Assembly (NCBI GenBank): GCA_964445695.1
Contig: CAYULF010000007.1
Coordinates: forward strand, 23,638-87,637
Direction: 5' to 3'
Source of the DNA: an uncultured Hyphomicrobiales bacterium
Lineage (GTDB): Bacteria; Bacteroidota; Ignavibacteria; Kapaibacteriales; UBA7675
DNA length: 64,000 nt
A program made the translations under genes and the position numbers. Positions within the stretch are counted from its first letter, which is position 1. The number at the start of each line of letters is the position of its first letter. Below are positions 1 through 9,400 of the stretch, piece after piece. The notes below the pieces were generated by a model. It worked only from the letters and a program-made list of their open reading frames with translations. It had not been told where the DNA came from and did no database searches.

Positions 1-987
1 CGCGGCCAGCTTGTAGGCGTCGATCAACGTGTCTTTGCCGGCAAACGCAGCACTCAACAGCATGAGCGTTGATTTGGGCGGATGGAAACCCGTGATCAGG
101 CGGCTGACGATTTTAAACTCGTAGGGCGGATACACAAACTTGTCGGTCCAGCCTTTGTTCTGTTTGACCGTGCCGCTCGTCAAAACACTCGATTCCAGAG
201 CGCGCGTCACGCTGGCGCCGCAGGCAAACACGTTGCCTTTCGCTTTGAGCGTGCGATTGATCAGCTCTACGGATTCCTTGGGAATCTCAAAATACTCGGA
301 GTGCATTTTGTGTTTGGTCAGGTCTTCCACGTCGACCGGCTGGAACGCACCGTAGCCGATGTGCAGCGTGACATACGCGATGCGCACGCCCTTTTTCTGC
401 AGCTTCTTGATGATGTTTTTGGTGAAGTGCAGGCCGGCCGAAGGCGCGGCGATTGAACCGGTTTCCTGGGCGTAGACGGTCTGGTAGGTGTCCTTGTCCA
501 GCTCGCTCGGCTCGCGCTTGATGTACTCAGGCAGCGGCATCTGGCCGATGCGCTCGATGATTTTGTAGATGTCGTCTTCGTAGTTGAAGCGGACGGTCCG
601 ACCGCGCGAAGTCGTGTTGTCGATGATCTCGCAGTAGAACTTGTAGTCGTCAAAGTAAATTTTGTTGCCGATGCGCACTTTGCGTGCAGGATCGACTATC
701 ACGTCCCAGATTTTGTCTTCGGCTTTAAGTTCACGCAGCAGCATCACTTCGATGTTCGCGTTGGTTTTTTCTTTTTTGCCGTGGAGCCGCGCGGGGAAAA
801 CGCGCGTGTTGTTCAGGACCAGGCAGTCTCCCTTGCGGAAATAGGAAACGATGTCGCCGAAAGCCTTGTTTTCCGCTTCGCCCGTTTCGCGGTCCAGCAC
901 CATAAGTTTGGAGGAGTCCCGGGGATCGGCTGGATAATTTGCGACAAGATTTTTAGGGACGGTATAGCGAAATTCAGATAATTTCAT
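1..987 (-). CDS. queA: S-adenosylmethionine:tRNA ribosyltransferase-isomerase, partial (C-terminus runs off the window start)
   Basis: Manual translation of the minus strand from ATG at 987: MKLSEFRYTVPKNLVANYPADPRDSSKLMVL...ARLHGKKEKTNANIEVMLL...HIGYGAFQPV, typical QueA. Absent from the ORF track because no stop falls in the window. Confidence 0.85.
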   Translation of the reverse strand, partial: MKLSEFRYTVPKNLVANYPADPRDSSKLMVLDRETGEAENKAFGDIVSYFRKGDCLVLNNTRVFPARLHGKKEKTNANIEVMLLRELKAEDKIWDVIVDPARKVRIGNKIYFDDYKFYCEIIDNTTSRGRTVRFNYEDDIYKIIERIGQMPLPEYIKREPSELDKDTYQTVYAQETGSIAAPSAGLHFTKNIIKKLQKKGVRIAYVTLHIGYGAFQPVDVEDLTKHKMHSEYFEIPKESVELINRTLKAKGNVFACGASVTRALESSVLTSGTVKQNKGWTDKFVYPPYEFKIVSRLITGFHPPKSTLMLLSAAFAGKDTLIDAYKLAA

Positions 988-1151
988 GGAGAAAACCCCG
1001 ATCCAATATTACGTGAGATGTTGTGTCCCGGATCCCGGTCTACAGATCAATCAAGGACGAAGCTGCTGCTTTAGTACAGTCTTACCCGGGAACCTGATGT
1101 ACTACGACAAATTGCCTTATAGAGGAACCATGCACGGCTTTATTGTCAAAA

Positions 1152-1170
1152 ATTGCATGCACGATGCAAT
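1152..1170. promoter_or_regulatory. 7-5-7 inverted repeat ATTGCAT-N5-ATGCAAT about 95 bp upstream of the COG0523 GTPase gene; candidate operator
   Basis: Perfect palindrome arms read directly from the sequence (attgcatgcacgatgcaat) in the divergent queA/cobW-like intergenic region. Confidence 0.35.
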
Positions 1171-1262
1171 GAAAGGACTTTAATGCGCGCAGATCACCGC
1201 TCTTCCGTCATTCCCGCAAATTTTGGTTCGGACTTTTCGCACAGCGATACTTTCATACCGCG

Positions 1263-2261
1263 ATGATTCCTGTTTATCTCGTTACCGGTGCCCTTGGAAG
1301 CGGTAAAACAACTTTTCTGCGAAATGTTCTTTCGCGCCCACTGCTCGACGGAGACAGCGCCGTCATAGTCAATGACTTCGGCGATCTGATGTTCGACGGC
1401 CTTTTGCTCGGCGATCAGGGTAAGGACATTGTTGAACTTCCTGGTGGATGCATCTGTTGTTCGGCGGCGGATGAATTCCGCGAGGTGGTTCGCCGCGTGC
1501 TCGAACGCCGACCGGCACGGCTGTTTGTCGAAGCTTCCGGCATAGCCGAAACGACCCCTTTCCGCGACGACCTCTACCTGATAGGCCTGCCGGCACAAGC
1601 CACGATCTGTGTTGTCGACTGCGCCAACTTCGACGCCATGCAGGCCGCTCTGCCAAGTGTTGATGAACAGATTTCCGCCGCCGATGTTTTCTTGCTGTCG
1701 AAAACGGATCTGGCCGACGCGGGCGCAATTGCATCGCTGGAATCGCACGTGAGACATCGCCGACCAAATGCATTTCTGGCCCGACTAAATCATGGCTATT
1801 TACCTGCCGCTGCGCTGCAAATACTGTTCGCTACACACAGCGACTTTGTACCGGCAGAAACGGGTAATCCTCGTTTGTTTGACCACGGCGTTTTCTCCTG
1901 TATTGTCAGCGTGCCGGAAGCGGTCGGTGCGCAGGCTGTTGCGCACTTTCTTGACAACCTCCCGGCGCACGTCGTGCGGTGCAAAGGCGTGCTCACGGTG
2001 CGCGGCGAACATCCCGCCTTCGTGGCCGACAAAGATTCCGCGACCAGCAAGTTCTTCGTCAACGCCGTCTGCGGCCGTTGGGAGTCCGTGGCCCTGGACG
2101 CCGAAGAAAGTCCGGTCGCGCAATCCGGCGAGCTGCTGCTGATTTACACCCGCGACATCTACAGCGAACTGGAGTCGCACACAGCGCTCCTGCCGCGGGC
2201 ATCTCTACAGCGCGGTCAACTGCAGCGCGAACACAGAAGGTCCGATGACGACGACATCTGA
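1263..2261 (+). CDS. CobW/HypB/UreG-type G3E P-loop GTPase (COG0523, putative metallochaperone)
   Basis: Walker A motif GALGSGKTT, GCICC metal-binding motif, CobW-like C-terminal region; 332 aa. Confidence 0.8.
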   Translation: MIPVYLVTGALGSGKTTFLRNVLSRPLLDGDSAVIVNDFGDLMFDGLLLGDQGKDIVELPGGCICCSAADEFREVVRRVLERRPARLFVEASGIAETTPFRDDLYLIGLPAQATICVVDCANFDAMQAALPSVDEQISAADVFLLSKTDLADAGAIASLESHVRHRRPNAFLARLNHGYLPAAALQILFATHSDFVPAETGNPRLFDHGVFSCIVSVPEAVGAQAVAHFLDNLPAHVVRCKGVLTVRGEHPAFVADKDSATSKFFVNAVCGRWESVALDAEESPVAQSGELLLIYTRDIYSELESHTALLPRASLQRGQLQREHRRSDDDDI

Positions 2262-2390
2262 TATGTCACCCATTTTTGCACTTTCGGGGAATCCTCCGGT
2301 TGTATATTTGTTGCTGCGGCCATGCGCCTCGGTCGCGAGTCCCTTGTCGAACGACTACTCCCGGTCATTCCAGATCGGAGTCAATGAGCA

Positions 2391-4151
2391 TTGTTTATGA
2401 AAGTCTTACTGCGACGCAGCGCCGCTTCCATCCAGCTTTTACTTACCTGCGCACTCACAGCACTGGTGACGGGAGTTTCCACCGGCGAGCTACGGATGCC
2501 GGATTCACAGATTGCAACGGACTGCGCCTGCGGCGCCGATCACGGAGCGGAAGCCGATGGTCAGGTCCTTCCTCCGCCTTTCCGCAAGTGCGGTTTTACC
2601 AGTTTTACCGTCAAACGCATGCAGGATATTCTGGCGGGCGGGCAGCAGGTGCAGATGCGGCGCATCACGCAGTTTTCAACGCCCTCACCTTCCGGTCGTT
2701 TTCTGATTCACTACGATGTGGACGGCGTCGACGGCGTGGCGGACATTGATGAAAACAACAACAACGTGCCGGACTATGTCGACTCAGTCGCGTTTTACTT
2801 TGACCACGCCTGGCGCGTGGAAGTGGATGAGATCGGATTCGGCGCTCCGCCGGCCGACGGCAACAACGGCGGCAGCGCCGCCTATGACATTTATCTCGAA
2901 GATTTAGGACCGCGCGGCATCTACGGCCTGACGGTGCCGGAGAGCTCCGCGGGATCGGGCGGGCGTTTTGGCCGTTTCACGACCTTTATCATTATCGACA
3001 ACAATTTCAGCCCGCTCGACAAAACGGGCGACGGCGTCCTGCAGCGGCAATCGTATTTTGAGAAGGGCATCCGCGCGCTACGGGTAACGGCTGCGCACGA
3101 GTTTCACCACGCTATTCAACTGGGCGCATACGGCAGCGTGCAAAGCGAGTGCTCCATTCACGAGTTCAGCAGCACCTGGGCCGAGTTCCGGCTGCACCCC
3201 GACGTGTATGATCTGGAGCAATTCATCCCCAGCCTCTTCCGCAATCTGGACAAATTCAATTTCGGCAATAACGACTGCGACGTGGGCTATCACTACGGCG
3301 TTTTTGCGCAGATGCTGCAGTCGCGCCTGGGCGACGCGGCGATGCTCAACACATGGGCTGCGGTGACGAACTCCAACAACGGCTATGACGCATTGGACGA
3401 AGGACTGCGCATTCTCAACTCCAGCCTGGCCGACGAATACTGCGCGTTCTCCGACTGGTTGTATCACACCGACTATCGCGATCGCGGCGAAGAACTCGTG
3501 CGCGGATCGACATATCCCCTCGTAACTTTTCACACCGTCGAACGCTTCAGCGAGCCTTCGATCAATCTGAGCGGCGGTCTGAAACCTTTTGAGCAGCGTT
3601 TTATTCGCCTGCTGTTTCCGCAGAGCGAAGCCGAGACGCCGGACACGGTCGACCTGGCGCTGGTCAATCTGGATCTGCTCAACGCCGGCGAAACCGACGA
3701 TGCCACTGTCGCCTACTCCGTGATATGCACTTCCACGCCGCGCGAAGGCGCCGAACCGATCGGCAACACGGGTTACTACCTCTCCGTCAGCTCCGACCGC
3801 GAAAACCTCTTTTGTTATTCGAAGTATCTCAACACCGGCGTGTTAACAAATGCGCCGCCGGCCGTCTTCCCGAATCCATTTGTCGTCGAACGCGACGAAC
3901 AACTGTTTTTCCCGCTGCAGCCAAATATCGACGTCGATGTACAGAGCGCCGTCCTGACGGTTTACGATGCCGCCATGGCAATCGTTTATTCCGACGAGGC
4001 GCCCCTGTCCGTGGAAAACAACCTGCGCGTCGTCGCATGGAACGGCCGCACGGCACTGGGCGATCAGCTTTCCAGCGGCGTCTACATCTACACGCTGGAA
4101 TACAAGGACAGTCAGAGCGCCGGCAAATTCCTCGTTAAACGCACTGAGTAG
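2391..4151 (+). CDS. Secreted zinc metalloprotease (HExxH) with T9SS C-terminal sorting domain
   Basis: HEFHH motif (AAHEFHHAIQLG). N-terminal hydrophobic signal. C-terminus ...FPNPF...SGVYIYTLEYKDSQSAGKFLVKRTE is Por_Secre_tail-like. Confidence 0.7.
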   Translation: MFMKVLLRRSAASIQLLLTCALTALVTGVSTGELRMPDSQIATDCACGADHGAEADGQVLPPPFRKCGFTSFTVKRMQDILAGGQQVQMRRITQFSTPSPSGRFLIHYDVDGVDGVADIDENNNNVPDYVDSVAFYFDHAWRVEVDEIGFGAPPADGNNGGSAAYDIYLEDLGPRGIYGLTVPESSAGSGGRFGRFTTFIIIDNNFSPLDKTGDGVLQRQSYFEKGIRALRVTAAHEFHHAIQLGAYGSVQSECSIHEFSSTWAEFRLHPDVYDLEQFIPSLFRNLDKFNFGNNDCDVGYHYGVFAQMLQSRLGDAAMLNTWAAVTNSNNGYDALDEGLRILNSSLADEYCAFSDWLYHTDYRDRGEELVRGSTYPLVTFHTVERFSEPSINLSGGLKPFEQRFIRLLFPQSEAETPDTVDLALVNLDLLNAGETDDATVAYSVICTSTPREGAEPIGNTGYYLSVSSDRENLFCYSKYLNTGVLTNAPPAVFPNPFVVERDEQLFFPLQPNIDVDVQSAVLTVYDAAMAIVYSDEAPLSVENNLRVVAWNGRTALGDQLSSGVYIYTLEYKDSQSAGKFLVKRTE

Positions 4152-4301
4152 ACCTGAATTCCCGAGACTTCGATCCCTCTGACAAACAAGAGAAAGCCGC
4201 CATCCAGAGGATGAGCGGGTAAGCTGTACCGGTTCGGTTTGGGCGATGTGACGTATATTTGTGCGGAGACAATCTGCGTGGAGACAGCGGCCCGAGATAC
4301 T

Positions 4302-4958
4302 ATGCCCGACAACGACGGTACCCGACCTGCAATTGAGTTAAACGCACTGAACCTGGCGCGACAATTCCGGCGGCGACGAATTTTCAGCGGTATTAACCTT
4401 GCGCTGCGCGCCGGGGAGTCGCTGGCGATAGTCGGTGCAAACGGTTCGGGTAAGTCGACGCTGCTCAAAATTCTTGCGTTGGTGCTCTCGCCCACGGAGG
4501 GAACAGTTGAGTATCGGCTGGGCGGCGCGCCGTTATCCGCGGACAAAGTCCACGCACACGTGGGGTTTGCCGCGCCCTACCTGCGACTGTACGAAGAATT
4601 TTCGGCCGGCGAGCACCTCGAATTGACGGCTTCTCTGCGCGGCGACCATTGCAGCAAATCCGACGCCGAAGCGCTGCTTCACCACTGCGGTCTGGATCCT
4701 CTGCGGCGCGAAGCGGTGTCCGCTTTTTCCTCCGGCATGCAACAGCGACTTAAACTGGCGACGGCAATTCAACACAAACCGGCCGTATTGTTTCTGGACG
4801 AACCGAGCGCCACGCTGGACGAAGCGGGCGTGGGCGTGGTACAGAAGATCGTGATGGAACAGACGGCACGAGGCGGCAGCGTAGTAATAGCCACCAACGA
4901 CACGCGCGACAAGGCGATGTGCGAGCGGGTGTTGAAGTTGGAAGAGTTTACGAGTTAA
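4302..4958 (+). CDS. ABC transporter ATP-binding protein (CcmA-like small ATPase); ORF also open from TTG 4239
   Basis: Walker A GANGSGKST, ABC signature SSGMQQR, Walker B LFLDEP. No adjacent permease. Confidence 0.75.
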   Translation: MPDNDGTRPAIELNALNLARQFRRRRIFSGINLALRAGESLAIVGANGSGKSTLLKILALVLSPTEGTVEYRLGGAPLSADKVHAHVGFAAPYLRLYEEFSAGEHLELTASLRGDHCSKSDAEALLHHCGLDPLRREAVSAFSSGMQQRLKLATAIQHKPAVLFLDEPSATLDEAGVGVVQKIVMEQTARGGSVVIATNDTRDKAMCERVLKLEEFTS

Positions 4959-5030
4959 CAAAGGACACATCGCGGAAACATTAATCACCTTCATCAATCC
5001 TGCCGACTCAAATTGTTCAGTCGGCCGACA

Positions 5031-6341
5031 TCAGTCCACTACAACAAGCACTCTGTTAAACAACTTTACACCGACTCTCAACCGCAGCACATACACTCCT
5101 GCCTTGACAAAATCCATCTTGTTCGTCACGCGGTTCAAACCCTGTGGGAATTCGTGCTGAAAGACTTGTTTAACCAACGCGCCGCGCATGTCGAACAGCT
5201 CAGCTGTCACAAGTCCCTGAGTCTCAAGTGTGAAGTTTAGTGTTAAGTCGCCGGTCGTCGGGTTTGGAGACAGTGAGAAGTTAAACTCAGGTTTGTCTGG
5301 TTCGGAAGTGTTGATTCCTGTCGCGGTGTAAATCGATTCTTTGGTGCGGTATATATCGCCTTTGTTGGTTCCGCCGTAGAGGTATCCCAGCGAGTCGACA
5401 CATAGCGAATAGAAGCCGAAGTCGGGATTGTTGGGATAAAGATTTGTCCAGGAATCGCCTTCGTCGCTGGAATACCAGATTGTTCCGGCTGCTGAGCAGA
5501 TGAAGTTGTCATAGCGGTCGACGATCATTGCGAGGATATTCCCGCGCGGATAGTTCGCCGGCCAGCCATTAAAAAATTCCCAGTTTTTCCCGGCATCTCG
5601 GGAGCGAAATACAGAAGTTTCCGTTTCATTCGTTCCTACCAAGATTGTTCCCCCGGAATTAATTGCCATCGAAAGCGGGTCCCAGTTAAACTCGCCCAGC
5701 CCACCCGGCGCGTAGATATTGTGACACTCGTCGTCTCCGTTGCGCAGGACAAAGAGACCTTTCCAGCGCCACGAACCCCAGAACACATCGCCATTGGGAT
5801 GCAGTGCAATGCACATGCTTTCCGCACCATTGCTGATGAAGTCACAGACTAACTCCCAGCTTGCTCCACGGTCGTTTGAAACCCACGTTCCATCAGCTAC
5901 AAACTGACCTTTATAGCGTCGTTGCATGGCAACATACAAAGTGCCGTCATCCTTTTCGACGAAGTGATAATACTCGATTCTGGGAATGTCATGTTGATCG
6001 TGCGTGTAGGTGGCCCAAGATTCCCCATTATCAGCAGAAAGAAACACTGAATCACGTCCGCCGACCAAGATGGCACCGTCACGAAGAATGGTGACGCCCG
6101 GTACAATGCCGAAGTCGGAAATCGGGACATGTTTCCACGAAGTTCCGGCATCGTCGCTGCGCCATAGTCCCGATCCGGTGGCCGCAAAGATCGTTCCGTC
6201 ATTCGCCGCGATGTTTGCGACATAACGAAGATCGCGTTCTATATTTTCCGTCGTATTGATCCAGAAATCTTCATCGAATGCATGAAGCGTACCGAGCGAC
6301 AGTATGAAATTCGCTGCGAATATTGCGGCAAACATTTTCAT
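5031..6341 (-). CDS. BNR/Asp-box repeat (sialidase / Ycf48-like beta-propeller) protein with T9SS C-terminal domain
   Basis: Repeated SxDxGxSW-type Asp-box motifs (SDDAGTSW, SADNGESW, SNDRGASW, SRDAGKNW, SSDEGDSW). Signal peptide starts at internal Met (MKMFAAIFAANFIL). C-terminal SPNPTTG...GVYVLRL tail. Confidence 0.7.
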   Translation of the reverse strand: MKMFAAIFAANFILSLGTLHAFDEDFWINTTENIERDLRYVANIAANDGTIFAATGSGLWRSDDAGTSWKHVPISDFGIVPGVTILRDGAILVGGRDSVFLSADNGESWATYTHDQHDIPRIEYYHFVEKDDGTLYVAMQRRYKGQFVADGTWVSNDRGASWELVCDFISNGAESMCIALHPNGDVFWGSWRWKGLFVLRNGDDECHNIYAPGGLGEFNWDPLSMAINSGGTILVGTNETETSVFRSRDAGKNWEFFNGWPANYPRGNILAMIVDRYDNFICSAAGTIWYSSDEGDSWTNLYPNNPDFGFYSLCVDSLGYLYGGTNKGDIYRTKESIYTATGINTSEPDKPEFNFSLSPNPTTGDLTLNFTLETQGLVTAELFDMRGALVKQVFQHEFPQGLNRVTNKMDFVKAGVYVLRLRVGVKLFNRVLVVVD

Positions 6342-6408
6342 GGCAACGTTTCCACGGTTAGAATCAACCGGGGCACATGCCCCGGTTGCTCCAATGTACA
6401 ACATACAA

Positions 6409-9400
6409 TTACTCGATAAACATCAATTCGGACTGGCTGTGACCGCCGGCTGTCTGCATGCGGCAGAGATAAACACCCGGCGCATACGCTTCGTTGCGAA
6501 ACACCAGTTCATGACTTCCGCTTTCCAACCGGCGGTCTGCAATGACGGCCACAATACGACCCTGCATGTCGGCAATTTCAATGCGCAGATGCTGCGGCGA
6601 ACCGACTTCGACCCGGATTGTCGTTTTGTCGCCGAAAGGATTGGGCGAAATACCACTCAGGCGGCAATCACTCCGATCAACGACCGGCCCGGTTTCTCCT
6701 GCGCGTTTGGCTTGCTGCAGCGGCGGCGTGCGATAACGTTCCAGGTCCTGATTGATCTGTCCGTTCCATGCCGCCATTTTACTGTCATATGCCGCCCCGT
6801 GCGTCTGGCCGCACTCCAGCAGATCGAGTTTCTTGAGCCGCCAGCCTGCCAGCATCGAGTCGGGTGAAGACGGCACGGACTGGCAGACAAGTTCAAAGGC
6901 AATGCGCGCATCGGGATAACGGCGTAGGTGCTCAAGGATCACGCCGTCGAGCAGCATCAGGCCGCCGCGCAGCAGTGTGTCGTTCGCCACTGTCGTGTCG
7001 GCCGCCAGGATCGTGCCGATCCAGCCGCGCAAGGTATCCAGTCGCTGTTCCGTTGAGTCGCCCTTCAGCGCTGCGCGGAATGTATCTTTCGCGCGCGTGC
7101 GCCGCACCGTCGGCAGCAGCGTCGGGTCGGCCAGGTCGTCCAGCGCGCGGACAAAGATCGAATCGGGTGTATTGTCCATCACCGGCCCGAAGGGATTCAG
7201 ACTGCCCAGTTGCTGCAGTTCGGGCGGCGACGGACAGGACTGAAAGTCTTCGTCCGTAGCGCAGCCCATCGTCGATTCACTCTGATCGAGCTGGTCGCCG
7301 AGCACCTGTACCAGCGGGCCACGGCGCACATTGAACGTACCATCGGGATTGTTCCAGCGATTTGATGTGACCAGGACCATTGCGAAATAGTTGGCATCGA
7401 TGTGCAGATCGGTTTCGGCTGCAAAGTTGTTCAAGCCGCAAGGCGGAATCACACTGCCGTAACTCTGCATGTGAGCATCTCTTCTCATAAGATCAGAATC
7501 AAAGAACTCACTCTGTGGTTGGTTTCGTGGCTGTACAACAAACACATTGCGGCCAAACTCATCAACTTGCCCAGGGTTTTCGTTCGGCCGCAGATAGATC
7601 GTTCCACCATCGGCGTTGACGCCCTCCATGAAGAAGTCAAGGTGGCTGCCGCGCATCCAGACGCGGTCGGCCGAGGTGCCGATGATGCCCGAGTGAATGT
7701 TGGCATAGGCCGCGTCGTAGACGCGCGATTGCGCCGTGGCGGTGTAGGTGCCGCAGCGCCAGACGCTTTGCGCGGTATTGCCGCATTCAAAACTCTCCGA
7801 GCGCGGCCCGTTGATGTGTATGAAGTTGTCGACGATGTCGGCCCTGTTGCCGGTCAGGTCGACGGAGCCGGCGTCGATCGTTCGAATTCCAGCTTCGACG
7901 GCGCGAAAATTCGAGTTGTGCAGTGCCAATGATTCAAGATTCATCGAAAACAATCCGTGGAATTTGTACTCCTGAAGCATGCGGTTGCTGGAGTTGTCGT
8001 CCTCTCCGTCCTCATCGGCAAACTCACAATCTTCAAATCTTGCGTTAAGCGCAGGCGGCGGCGTGATCGGATCGCCGTCGCCGGGCCAGTAGTTGACCTC
8101 CACCAGGTTCTGCCAGGGCATGTTCAGCGATCTGGCGGCTGTGAAGCTGCAATTGCTGACGGTGTTGATGCGAATATTGATCGCCTGGACGGCCACATTG
8201 GAAAAAGCGGCGTTCTCAAGGCGCAGCCCGGACGCGGCGATGTCGTCAATGTCGCCTTTGGCGATGAGACGCGCGTGGTCTACGACGCCGTCACAGAGCA
8301 CGTAGGGATTGGCAAGTTCAACTTCGGGAAAACGACCGGTCACGCGGGCGAGATTCCCGGCCTGACCAGCCACCGTCATGTGCCCCTGACACTCATTGAA
8401 GTAGTCCGGATCGCGTAGAGCAAGGTGCGCGCCCGCACCGACCACAAACTCACCGTCGGCCTCCACGCGGAAATGGTCCAGACTGACGACGGCGTTTTCA
8501 CCAATCTCTACGCGGCCGCCGGGAAGGACGTAGATATGTGTAAAGAGGTCGACGTGCGCGCCGGGCTGCACAAGCAAGGTCGCACCCGCATCGATCACGA
8601 CCATGCGATCAAAGTGCGTGCCCGGATCGCGCTCGATCCGCGAGCCGTACATCATCTCCAGCGTGCCGCCGGGTTTGACAAAGACATCGCGGCCGCCGCT
8701 CATCGTGATCTGCCCGCCGGGGCGCATGCGCATCCAGCCGCGCACAAAGACCGCACCGCTGTCCTGCATCCGCACATTGCCGAAAACCTCACAGACGTTG
8801 GCCTGAGCAGGACCGGCCATCAGGCAGCCGTTTGTTCCTTCGTCGCCGCGCACGATCAGATCGCCGACAAATGTATCGCCGCTCAGCTCGACATTGTCGA
8901 GCATGCCTTCGGCCACGATCTCGCCGTCGCCCGTGGTCGTTATTCCGTTGCCGCCGGTCGGCGTGCCCGACGTAACGATGCCGTCGATGGCCAAGGTGGC
9001 GTCGCCCGGCACGGTCAGCGTGACGCCGCTGCCGTTGAGTTCGGTCACGCCCTGATTATTGTGGTTCTCACCCGGCAGACTCGCGCCGCCCGCCTCGTAG
9101 AGGTCGAGCACTTCACCACTCAGGCCGTTGCCGTTGACGTCCTCGTTCGCGCCTTCCCGAAACCACGCGCCCATATGCATGATGCGTTGTCCGAGCGGCC
9201 CTCGTTCGTCGTTGTCAAATGGCAGCGTTACTGAAGCGGTGTAACGTTGGTCGGCCTTGAGCGAAATGGTGTGTGCCACGGCACGGTAAGCATTGACCTT
9301 GCCGAAGCCCATGCGCTGCGCCCAGCTACGTCGCCGCGGATCGTTCGCCTGCTCCAAGTAGTCGAACTGAATCAGCTCATCGTTGCCGTCGACGCCGGAG

